64,000 nucleotides of DNA. Origin: an uncultured Alphaproteobacteria bacterium. GTDB taxonomy: Bacteria > Pseudomonadota > Alphaproteobacteria > Sphingomonadales > Sphingomonadaceae. How positions within the stretch are numbered: the first letter of the stretch is position 1; each line of letters opens with the position of its first letter. This document shows, piece after piece, positions 11,496 to 21,100 of the stretch. The notes under the pieces are model-generated. The model was not told the origin of the DNA. It searched no databases and saw only the letters and a list, made by a program, of their open reading frames with translations. A program made the translations under genes and the position numbers. The stretch is from NCBI GenBank assembly GCA_963833685.1, contig CAWHYD010000002.1:30071-94070 (forward strand). Direction: 5' to 3'.

Positions 11496-11684
11496 GAGTG
11501 AAACGCCTAACCGTGGTTGATTCAGCGCTTCAATTTGGCCGGGATTATTTCTGTGGATGGAGCGCCGGTCAGCATTTTTGGCGGTCGTTCGGACCGCCGT
11601 TCCGATTCGCGCACAATCAATCCACAGGCGTTTCTCTTTCGTTCTCCCTTGGAACGGATTAGTTTGAAGCGCAGGAGCGCCGCC

Positions 11685-13175
11685 ATGGCCGAAATCATCC
11701 GCATCGCCGAGTCAGCGTCAGAAACCGCGTCTCAAGCCCTTCCGCAGAACGTCGAAGCCGAGGCCGCTCTGTTGGGCGCGCTGATGATCGACAACCGGCT
11801 GGTCGAGGACGTCCAGCTCAAGCTCAAGCCCCATCATTTTTTCGAACCGTTACACGGCCGAATCTACGAGTCGATTCTGCGGATGACCGATCAGAACCGG
11901 GTTGCGAATCCCGTAACCCTCCGACCCATCTTTGAAAATGACGATTCTATAAAAGATGTTGGCGGGCCCGCATATTTGGCGCAGTTAACGGGATCGGGCG
12001 CGGCCGTAATCGGGGCAAGGGACTTCGCCCAACAGATCTATGATCTGGCGTTGCTTCGAGCCCTGATTGGCGTTGGTCGCGACCTGGTCGAAGGCGCGCT
12101 CGACACGAGTGAGGACGTTGCCCCCCTCGCTCAAATCGAGCGCGCCGAGACCGAGTTATACAAGGTGGCGGAGGAGGGCGGAGCCGAGGGCAAGGCCAAG
12201 AGCTTCTCCGACGCCACCAAGGAAGCCATCGCCATGGCCGAGCGCGCGCTCAACAGCGGCGGCCATTTGTCGGGCTTCACCACCGGCCTCGACAATCTCA
12301 ACGCCAAGATCGGCGGCCTTCACAAATCGGACCTGATCATCGTCGCCGGCCGTCCCGGCATGGGCAAGAGCGCGCTCGGCACCAACATCGCCTTCGCCGC
12401 CGCCCAGCGCTTCCTCAAGGACCAGGAAGCGGGGATCGAGCCGGAGAAGTCGGCGGGCGCGCCGGTCGCCTTGTTCAGCCTCGAAATGTCGGCCGATCAG
12501 CTGGCGACGCGTATTCTCGCCGAGGCCTCGGGCATCAGCTCCGAAAATCTGCGCATGGGCAAAATCAGCCAGCAGGAATTCCGCCAACTGGCGCGGGCCG
12601 CTGCGGACCTGCAGACGCTGCCGTTCTACATCGACGACACGCCGGGGCTCACCATTGCCGCGCTGCGCACCCGCGCGCGCCGGCTCAAGCGTCAGAAGGG
12701 CATCGGCGTGGTCGTCGTCGATTACCTCCAGCTGCTCCAGGGCACCGGCCGCGGCAGCAACGACAATCGGGTGCAGGAGATTTCGGAAATCAGCCGCGGC
12801 TTGAAGCAGCTCGCGAAGGAACTCGACGTGCCGGTGATCGGCCTGTCCCAGCTCAGCCGCCAGGTCGAGCAGCGCGAGGACAAGCGGCCGCAGCTGTCGG
12901 ACTTGAGGGAATCGGGCTCGATCGAGCAGGACGCCGACATCGTCCTCTTCATCTACCGCGAAGACTATTATCTCGCCGCCAAGCAGCCGTCCGACGACCA
13001 TCCGGAAATCGACAAATGGCGCGAGGAAATGGCGCGCGTTTACGGCACCGCCGAAGTCATCGTCGCCAAGCAGCGCCACGGCTCGACCGGCAAGATTCGG
13101 CTCAAATTCGACAGCCGCATCACCAAGTTCAGCGATCCGGCCGACGAAAGCTATCTGCCGGAGATGCGCGGCTAA
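11685..13175 (+). CDS. dnaB: Replicative DNA helicase
   Basis: [12 protein letters not shown], Walker [42 protein letters not shown]; AGGAG RBS before ATG 11685. Confidence 0.96.
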   Translation: MAEIIRIAESASETASQALPQNVEAEAALLGALMIDNRLVEDVQLKLKPHHFFEPLHGRIYESILRMTDQNRVANPVTLRPIFENDDSIKDVGGPAYLAQLTGSGAAVIGARDFAQQIYDLALLRALIGVGRDLVEGALDTSEDVAPLAQIERAETELYKVAEEGGAEGKAKSFSDATKEAIAMAERALNSGGHLSGFTTGLDNLNAKIGGLHKSDLIIVAGRPGMGKSALGTNIAFAAAQRFLKDQEAGIEPEKSAGAPVALFSLEMSADQLATRILAEASGISSENLRMGKISQQEFRQLARAAADLQTLPFYIDDTPGLTIAALRTRARRLKRQKGIGVVVVDYLQLLQGTGRGSNDNRVQEISEISRGLKQLAKELDVPVIGLSQLSRQVEQREDKRPQLSDLRESGSIEQDADIVLFIYREDYYLAAKQPSDDHPEIDKWREEMARVYGTAEVIVAKQRHGSTGKIRLKFDSRITKFSDPADESYLPEMRG

Positions 13176-13200
13176 CGGAACACCCGAGGGGGTGGGGGAC

Positions 13201-13231
13201 GAGGGCGCCACGGTTTCGGCCGGGCGCCCTC
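13201..13231. terminator. GC-rich hairpin between convergent dnaB and L,D-transpeptidase genes
   Basis: GAGGGCGCC...GGCGCCCTC stem with an inner CGG/CCG stem; no clear U-tract. Confidence 0.5.
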
Positions 13232-13252
13232 AGTTCATCTACGGGCCCGCAA

Positions 13253-14704
13253 TTACGGACCAACGTCGTCGCTGCTTTCGGGCTGCTCGATCTTCTGCGG
13301 CGGGCCCGGCGAGAGATCCAGCGCCTTGGCGATATTCTCGTCCCAGCCATACACGTCCGGCCGGAACTGGATGCGCGAGCCATCCCAGAATGCGGTCTGA
13401 TAGAGCAGCCGTACCGGGATTTCTCGCGGCAGCTTGATGAAGCTTTCGTCCTTGCTCGCCATCGCTTTCTGGAACTGGTCGAGCACGCCTTCCTGCTCGG
13501 CCAAAGCGGTCGCGAACTGAACTGCGTTCTCGACCCGCACGCAGCCGTGGCTACGGTGGCGGTCCGAAAGCGCGAACGCCGACTTGGCGGGCGTATCGTG
13601 GAGGTAGATCGCCTGGTGGTTCTGCATGTCGAACTTGACGAAGCCCAGCGAGCTCTTGGGCCCCGACTGCTGGACGTACTGGCCGTCTTTCATCACGAAA
13701 TCATTGGCCGCCAGCCACGCCTGGCTCTTGCCCGCCAACTCTTTCTCGCCGATCCCCTTGGGTACAGTCCATGTGGGATTGGCGACCAGCCGGAAGATCG
13801 GCGACTGAAGCTGCGGAGTCGGCTTGTCGCTTTCGCCGTTGATGACCTTGCGATGGTCAACGTGCTGACCGTCGCGCCAATAATCGAAGAAGGAGGCGGC
13901 GGTATTGACGTCGATCCGCGTCCCCGGCGGATCGCGTTGAAGCCAGCGGAGACGCTCCATCGCCACGGCGAGCTGGCGCGCCCGGAGCCCCGGGCCCGCG
14001 CTTAGCGCGCCGATCGTTTCCTTCCCGAGCACGCCGTCCGGCTTGGTGCCCGAATCCGCCTGAAACTGCTTGACCGCCGCGACTAGCGCCGGTGTGTAGC
14101 TGCTGGGCTCGGCTGCCCCCTGCTCTTCAGGCAGGTACCCGCCGACGCGAAGCACGGAAACGATTGCGGGAATCCTCGGATCGCGGGCGCCCGGCTTGAT
14201 CGGCTTGTCGGCAGAGATCGACTGCTGGTCCGCCTGGTTCGCTTGCTTGACGTAGCTGAGGAAGGCCTTGCTCAGCGCCTTATATTCGTCGGTTTGCGGC
14301 GCCAGCGAGTTCAGCCACTCGGCGACATTGCCCTGTTGGATGGCCTGCGCCATGCCGGCACGGACGTCAGCCTTGGGGCGCGGGATCGTGTAGACTTCGT
14401 GGAGCTTGGTCGGGTCGGAATAGCCGTTGGCCAGCGCCGCGGCATATTTGAGCCCCGCCTGGACGAGTGCCTGCCCGCTCTCGCCGCCCTTCAGGAACAG
14501 CTCGGGCTTGAGGCCATGCGCCGGGGCGCCGGCGATGGCCTCGCGCAGGTCCTTCTCGGCTTTCTGGTCGAGCGTGATGCCCGAGGCATCGGCCGAAGCA
14601 TTGGCGGTGGGCTGGTTGGAGGTGTCGGCCTGCGAGCAGGCGGTCAGTCCGGTGGTGCACATGGCAAGGCCGATGGCCGTGCCGATCCATTTACGCTGGG
14701 TCAT
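13253..14704 (-). CDS. YcbB/LdtD-type L,D-transpeptidase lipoprotein
   Basis: Lipobox LTAC; PG-binding domain (AVKQFQ...DGVLG); MERLRW, NPTWTVP, IYLHDTP, SHGCVRV catalytic motif. Confidence 0.9.
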   Translation of the reverse strand: MTQRKWIGTAIGLAMCTTGLTACSQADTSNQPTANASADASGITLDQKAEKDLREAIAGAPAHGLKPELFLKGGESGQALVQAGLKYAAALANGYSDPTKLHEVYTIPRPKADVRAGMAQAIQQGNVAEWLNSLAPQTDEYKALSKAFLSYVKQANQADQQSISADKPIKPGARDPRIPAIVSVLRVGGYLPEEQGAAEPSSYTPALVAAVKQFQADSGTKPDGVLGKETIGALSAGPGLRARQLAVAMERLRWLQRDPPGTRIDVNTAASFFDYWRDGQHVDHRKVINGESDKPTPQLQSPIFRLVANPTWTVPKGIGEKELAGKSQAWLAANDFVMKDGQYVQQSGPKSSLGFVKFDMQNHQAIYLHDTPAKSAFALSDRHRSHGCVRVENAVQFATALAEQEGVLDQFQKAMASKDESFIKLPREIPVRLLYQTAFWDGSRIQFRPDVYGWDENIAKALDLSPGPPQKIEQPESSDDVGP

Positions 14705-14750
14705 AGGATCGGCTGAACGCGAGGAGCGCGTAAAACGATCCGCTGAGGTC

Positions 14751-16202
14751 CTAGTCTTCCATCATATTCGGGTCGCGCAGCCCGTCGTTGATCGCCGCGC
14801 GGGGCCGGTCGCCCTCCACGCTGGTCACCGGATAGGCGCAATAATCGGCGGCGTAGAAGGCGCTCGGGCGGTGGTTGCCGCTGAGACCGATGCCGCCGAA
14901 CGGTGCATTCGACGGCGCGCCGTTCGTCGGCTTGTTGCGATTGATCACGCCGGCACGGACGTGCGCCCAGAAGCGGTCGAACATTTCCGGGCTTCCGCCC
15001 ACCAGGCTGGCCGCAAGGCCGAAGCTCGTGTTGTTCGCCTGGTCGATGGCGGCGCTGAAATCGGGCACCCGGACGACTTGCAAAACGGGCCCGAAAATCT
15101 CCTCATCGGGCCGCTCGGCGATTTCGGTCACGTCGATCAGACCCGGCGTCAGATAGGGGCGCTCCGCGACCGGCCGATCGAGCCTGCGCAGCGGCTTGCC
15201 GCCCTTCATCAGCAGGTTGAGCCACTGATCCTGGACGTGGTCCGCGGCGGCAAGGTCGATGACCGGACCCATGAAGGGTTGGGGGTCGGCGAACGGATGA
15301 TCGACGATGATCCGGTCGATCAACGCCTGGATGGCCTCGATCAGCGGGCCTTCCTTGCCATCCTCGACAATCAGCCGCCGCGCCGCGGTGCAGCGCTGGC
15401 CGGCGGTCAGGAAGGCGGACTGGACCGCGATGACGGCCGCGGCCTCGAGGTCCTTGGCGTGCCACACCACCAGCGGATTGTTGCCACCGAGCTCGAGCGC
15501 CAGGATCTTGTGCGGGGTTTCGGCGAACTGGCGGTGCAGCGACTGACCGGCGCGGGCCGAACCGGTGAACAGCAGGCCGTCGATCCCGGGCTCGGCCGCG
15601 AGCGCCTTGCCTTGATCGGGTCCGCCGATCAGCAGGCGGACCACGCCTGCCGGAATCTTCGCTTCGTGGAAACAACGGACGAGGAATTCGCCCACTGCTG
15701 GAGTCTTTTCCGATGGTTTGAAGACCACCGCATTGCCGGCGATGAGCGCCGGGACGATGTGGCCGTTGGGCAAATGCGCGGGGAAATTGTAGGGTCCGAG
15801 CACCGCGAGCACGCCATGCGGTTTGTGGCGAACGGCGACCTTATTGCCCATTGCCGCTTCGAGCTTCCGTTGCGGAGTCCGCTCGGCATAGGCCTCGATC
15901 GAGATTTCGACCTTGTTGATGACCGCGCCGACTTCGGTCCTGGCTTCCCAATAAGGCTTGCCGGTTTCGTTCGAGATGAGCTCGGCGAACTCGGCCTCGC
16001 GCTTGCGCACGACATTGGCGAAGCGACGCACCGCCTCGATCCGGTAGGCGACCGAATGGGCGGCCCAGGCGGGCTGCGCGGCGCGGGCGGCGGCAACCTC
16101 AGCCGACGCATCGCCGTTCTCGCCGGACCAGACGATTTCGCCGGTTGCGGGATTGGTCGACACCAGCGACCGCTGCGCCTCTTGTTCAACCGGCTTGTGC
16201 AT
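14751..16202 (-). CDS. astD: Succinylglutamate-semialdehyde dehydrogenase
   Basis: GPYNFPAHLPNGHIVPALIAGN, LALELGGNNP, TAGQRCT, SGNHRPSAFYAADYCAYP. Confidence 0.93.
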   Translation of the reverse strand: MHKPVEQEAQRSLVSTNPATGEIVWSGENGDASAEVAAARAAQPAWAAHSVAYRIEAVRRFANVVRKREAEFAELISNETGKPYWEARTEVGAVINKVEISIEAYAERTPQRKLEAAMGNKVAVRHKPHGVLAVLGPYNFPAHLPNGHIVPALIAGNAVVFKPSEKTPAVGEFLVRCFHEAKIPAGVVRLLIGGPDQGKALAAEPGIDGLLFTGSARAGQSLHRQFAETPHKILALELGGNNPLVVWHAKDLEAAAVIAVQSAFLTAGQRCTAARRLIVEDGKEGPLIEAIQALIDRIIVDHPFADPQPFMGPVIDLAAADHVQDQWLNLLMKGGKPLRRLDRPVAERPYLTPGLIDVTEIAERPDEEIFGPVLQVVRVPDFSAAIDQANNTSFGLAASLVGGSPEMFDRFWAHVRAGVINRNKPTNGAPSNAPFGGIGLSGNHRPSAFYAADYCAYPVTSVEGDRPRAAINDGLRDPNMMED

Positions 16203-17539
16203 CTTGCTCCATCGCTTCGCCCATTCGCCGGATCGCTCTAACCTTGTCGTCGAATGGCTGCCAGTCGTCGCGCTCGGCAATCGCCGACCAGATGGCCTCG
16301 ACCTCGTCGATTTGCATCGAGCAGGGACCGGGGTCGCTCCAATATGGGTGCGCCCGATCGCGGGTGCGACCCTCCAGCGCCTTGGCCAGCGCACGGAATG
16401 GCGATGAAGGATAGAGCTCCACCCCGGGGTCGCGCGCCCCGCGCCAATCGAAGAAGACGCGATCGATGGCCGCTTCGCGCGTGGCGAGCGCCTCCAGCAG
16501 AGCGGCGGCAACCGTGGAGTCGCGCGCGAACTCCAAGACGTCGGCAAAGAGCGTCGGTGAGCGCCGCTTCGAAGCGATCGCTCCAGCTCGCCAAAATGTC
16601 CGACAGTCGCGGGCCATCGGCGACGAGCGAGAGGCCGCCGCCGAGCTGCGCCAGGTCCCAGTGGATCGCCTCGGGTTGGCGGCCGAAGGCATAGAGCCCG
16701 TAATGGTCGAAATAGGCCGCGGTGAAGGCTGGATCCCATTCGGGCGTGAAACGCCACGGGCCGTAATCGAAGCTTTCGCCGGTGATGTTGATATTGTCGC
16801 TGTTGAGCACGCCGTGGACGAAGCCCGCGGCGAGATAGGAAGCTGCAAGCTCCGCCGTCGCTTGTGCCGCCAGTTCGAACAGCCGCACCGGGTCATCGCC
16901 TGGTTCATCGAACAGGTTCGCGAGAGAATAACTAACCAGCTTCCGGATATTCTCGATCTGCCCGAAGAAGGCGAGGCGCTGGAACGTGCCGATGCGGATG
17001 TGGCCGTGACTAAGCCGGGTCAGCACCGCCGATCGCGTCGGCGAGGGCTCGTCCCCGCGCTCCAGCGCTTCGCCGGTCTCGAACAGGGCAAATGTCTTCG
17101 AGGTGTTGACCCCGAGCGCTTCGAGCATCTCGGTCGCCAGCACTTCCCGGACCCCGCCCTTGAGCGTCAGGCGGCCGTCGGCGTGGCGGCTGTAGGGCGT
17201 CTCGCCCGAACCCTTGGTGCCGAGGTCGAGCAAACGGCCGCGGTCATCGCGCAGTTGGGCAAACAGGAAGCCGCGCCCGTCGCCGATCTCGGGATTGTAC
17301 ACGCGAAACTGGTGGCCATGATAACGGAGCGCCAGCGGGTTGGTGAGGTTGCCGGGCAGTGGCTCGAACCGGCAGAAATGCGCTGCCCACTGGTCCTCGC
17401 CCAAGTCGAGCCCAATCCGGTCCGACCAGCCTCGGTTGAGATAGCGCGGCAAGCATTGCGGAAAGCGCGCGGGCTCAACCGGATCGAAGAAATCTGGCCC
17501 GAGGTCCAAGATCTTCGGGTCGGGTTGATAGCCAGCCAT
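16186..17539 (-). CDS. selO: Protein adenylyltransferase SelO/YdiU (frameshift near 16545)
   Basis: YHGHQF, GDGRG, GTKGSGETPYSR..DGR, GFVHGVLNSDN, FDYGP; C-terminus PCSMQIDEVEAIW in ORF 16186..16908. Confidence 0.9.
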
Positions 17540-17594
17540 CATCGCCGAACGGTCAAACAGCTGAAACGTCTCCTGCACGGCGCCTGCGCTGAGC

Positions 17595-18066
17595 GAGTCG
17601 ATTCGCGAGACTCGGTGCGAGTCGCGGACACGACATTGGCCACGAAGCCCCGTGAATCCCATTGTGGGACGCGCCGCCGGACATTTTTTGGGGACCGACC
17701 GGGTCGATCCGGTTGATCCCAGAGCGAGTATTCGCGGGCCTTAACGGCAGTCATTAAATTTTACGTATCCGCAACAAAGATAAGCGGCGCGATCGAATGT
17801 GGCGTCGACTCGGCTAAAGCTGGTTGATTTCATATCGTACTCGTACGTCGAATATTTGAAGACATCGGTACAAGGGCAAGTCGTCCCCTTAACAAAGTTA
17901 ACTAGAAAACCTTGACGCCGACCACCTTTAACCATGATTTACTTGTATTCATCCACCCCAGCTTTGTCCTTAAGGAATGAAGCATTCCGGTCGTCTGCTT
18001 GTAAAATAAATTGAGTAGTGTTCTCATTGGGCAAGTTAGAAAGCGCCAGCTGTTGGCGTTAACCAT
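17595..18066. promoter_or_regulatory. AT-rich divergent control region with a GANTC cluster and CtrA-like sites
   Basis: GANTC at 17595, 17600, 17609, 17619, 17654 and 17807; TTAA-CCATGAT-TTAC at 17928-17942; TTAACCAT at 17928 and 18059. Confidence 0.5.
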
Positions 18067-18161
18067 TGATGTTCAACGAATTCCGCTCGGCAAGTGCCAT
18101 TTCGTAGCATTCTCGGTGGCGATCGCAGCGGTTCAAAACAGAGCGACGATAGGGGCAACAT

Positions 18162-21100
18162 ATGCGGTACGACGACGCTTCCCAGGCCAGCTCGGCCAAT
18201 GCCGAGCCGATTGCGCGAGCTGACACTGAGGTTCTGCCGCAGGGGTCCTTCGGCCCAGCCACCGGCAACGCCATTTCGGGCGCGGGCACGACCAGCGGCG
18301 CCAACGGCGCCGACAGCGTTGGCGCCGGCCCGGCGTCCATCGCCGCGGTTCAGGGCGCCGGTGGAGCAACCGGTCAGGCGGCCGGCAGCTTCCACGCGCT
18401 CGGCCAGTATGGCGTCCTGTCGATGGATGCCGAGGGCAACTTCAGCTACGTCCGCAATCCCGGCACGCCCGACGGCGTCCAGGACGTCTTCCAGTACACG
18501 CTCGCCGATGCCGCTGGCGCGCAGTCGTCGACGACTCTGACCATCGATATTGCGCAGGTCGCCGCGGCCCAGGCCGGGCAGGGGATCGTCAACCTGCCGG
18601 CCGGCGTCGAAATGTCCGACATCCACGTCAACGGCCGCGATCTCGTGATCGACATGCCCGACGGCACGCAGATGGTCATCCCCGGCGGCGCGGTGTTCGT
18701 GCCGCAGCTCGCCATCGGCGACGTCGAAGTCCCGGCGACCAACCTCGCCGCCCTTCTCATCAATTCCGAGCCGCAGCCGGCGGCCGGCACGCCGCAGAGC
18801 AGCGGCGGCAACTTCGCGGTCGACGTTCCGCCGCTCGATCCCGGCGTTCCCCTTGGCGACCTGATCCCGCCGACCGAGCTCAGCTACTCGCCGCCCGAGT
18901 TCGAGGAGCTGGCAAACGCCATCGACCACAAGCCGACCGTCATCATCATCACGCCGGACAATCCGTCCGGGGCCGTCGATGCGGTCGCCAACGTCGATGA
19001 AAGCGGCCTGCCCGCGCGCGGCTCCGAGCCCGAAGGCACGCTGGCTTCGCAGGATATCGAAACGACGTCGGGATCGATCGTGTTCGTGGCCGAGGACGGC
19101 CTCGACAGCATCACCGTCGGCGGCGCGGAAGTCACTGCGGTCAACCAGCAGATCATCGGCGCCCACGGCGTCCTGACGATCACCAGCATCGACCTCGCCA
19201 CCGGCCAGATCGGCTTCAGCTACACCGCGACCGACAACACCACCGACGGCGTCAACGACTTCGAAGACTTCGCCGTTGTCGTCACCGATTCGGATGGCGA
19301 TGTCGCGACCGGAAATCTGCACATCAACATTGCCGACGACGAACCGATCGCGCTTGACGACACCGACACGCTCGACGTCGACACGTTGACGGCGACCGGC
19401 AACGTCATGACCGGGGCGGACACCACGAGCGGTGCGTCCGGCAAGGACACGGTTGGCGCCGACGATGCGAGCCTCACGGCCGTCTCCGGTGCCGATGGCT
19501 CAGATTCCAGCTTCAACAGCGACGGCAATCTGGTCGTTCATGGCGCCTACGGCACGCTGACCATCGATGCGAACGGCCAGTACACGTACGTGCTGGACGA
19601 CAACGCACCGGACAACGTGAAGGACGTTTTCACCTACTCGCTGACGGACGGTGACGGTGACATCGATACGGCGACGCTGACGATCACCATCCCCAACATT
19701 AACGAGCCGCCGGTCGTCGAAGGCAGCGCGGTCAGTGTGTCCGAAGAAGGTCTGCCCGGCGGCAATCCCGACACGAGCGGCTCTCCCGACACGACCAACG
19801 AAAAGGTCGCGACCGGCGACATCGGCCTGACCGATCCCGACGGCGACGCGACCGCGGTGACGCTCGGCGTCCCGACCGGCAGCTACACCTCGGGCGGTGA
19901 AGCCGTGCATTGGGCGGTTTCGTCCGACGGCCACACGCTGGTCGGATACACGGGCAGCGATTCGACCGCGAACCACGTCATCGAAGTCACTGATCGACGA
20001 CCACGGAGCCTATAAGGTCACGCTGGTCCAGCCGTTCGACGATCCGAATGTCGCGATCGAGGATTCGATCGCCTTTACCGTTCCGGTCAGCGTCAACGAC
20101 GGCACCGAGACCGTTTCGACCAACATCGTCGTGACAGTCGAGGACGACGCGCCGAACGCGGTCAACGACACCAACTCGGTGTCAGGCAACACGGCGGTGG
20201 GCAATGTCGTCACCGGCGTTGGCACGACCAACGGCGGCGCGGATTCCTATGGCGCCGACGGCCCTGGCTCGGTCACTGGTATCCATCCGGGCACCAGCGG
20301 CAGCTTCACTGCGGTTCCGCAGGACGGCGGAGACGTGCTGGTGCACGGCTCGTTCGGCGACCTCGTCATCCACGACGACGGCAGCTACACCTACACGCGC
20401 TCACCGAATTCGGTCGCGGGCGGCACTGAGGTCTTCACCTATCAGCTGACCGACGGCGACGGCGATACCGATACGGCGACGCTCACCATCACGGTGCCGA
20501 ACATCAACACGACGCCTTCGATCGGCGATGTTGATGATGCGATTGTCGATGAGGACGGGCTGCAAAACGCCAACGTCGACGCCAACCCGCTGCAGAATAA
20601 CCCGAACGAGACCGACTTCGACCGAGGACGCAAGTTTCGACGGCCAGATCCATGTCGACTTCAAGACCGACGTTCCGGGCAATCTCACCAACGCGATCAC
20701 CTTGGTCGATACATCGGCGCTCGACGGTCAGCTGCACGCCCTCGACGGCACGGACATCAAGTTCGCGCTCGAGGGCGGCGTCCTGGTCGGCCGGCCGGAC
20801 GGCACCGGCGACCCGCTGATCACCATCACGATCACCGGCGTCACTCCGGGTTCTGGCGGCAACGCAACCTATAGCTACGAGGTCGATCTGCTGGGCGCGA
20901 TCCAGCATTCCGATCCGAACAGCGAAGACTCGGTTTCGCTGAATGGCGTGACCTTCACGATCACCGACAGCAATGGCGATCACGCCACCGGCACCTTCGA
21001 CGTCACCGTCGTCGACGACGTGCCGACCGCTGCCCTCAGCGGCGAAGGCGTCCCCGGCATCACGCTCGACGAGAGCGCTGCTGGCACCGACAGCTCGGAC

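Noticed and set aside
17860-17930. c-di-GMP riboswitch upstream of the adhesin (GGGCAA motif)
   Set aside because: Lacks the GCAAA..GNRA..GACGCAAAG arrangement and paired stems. An Rfam covariance search would be decisive.
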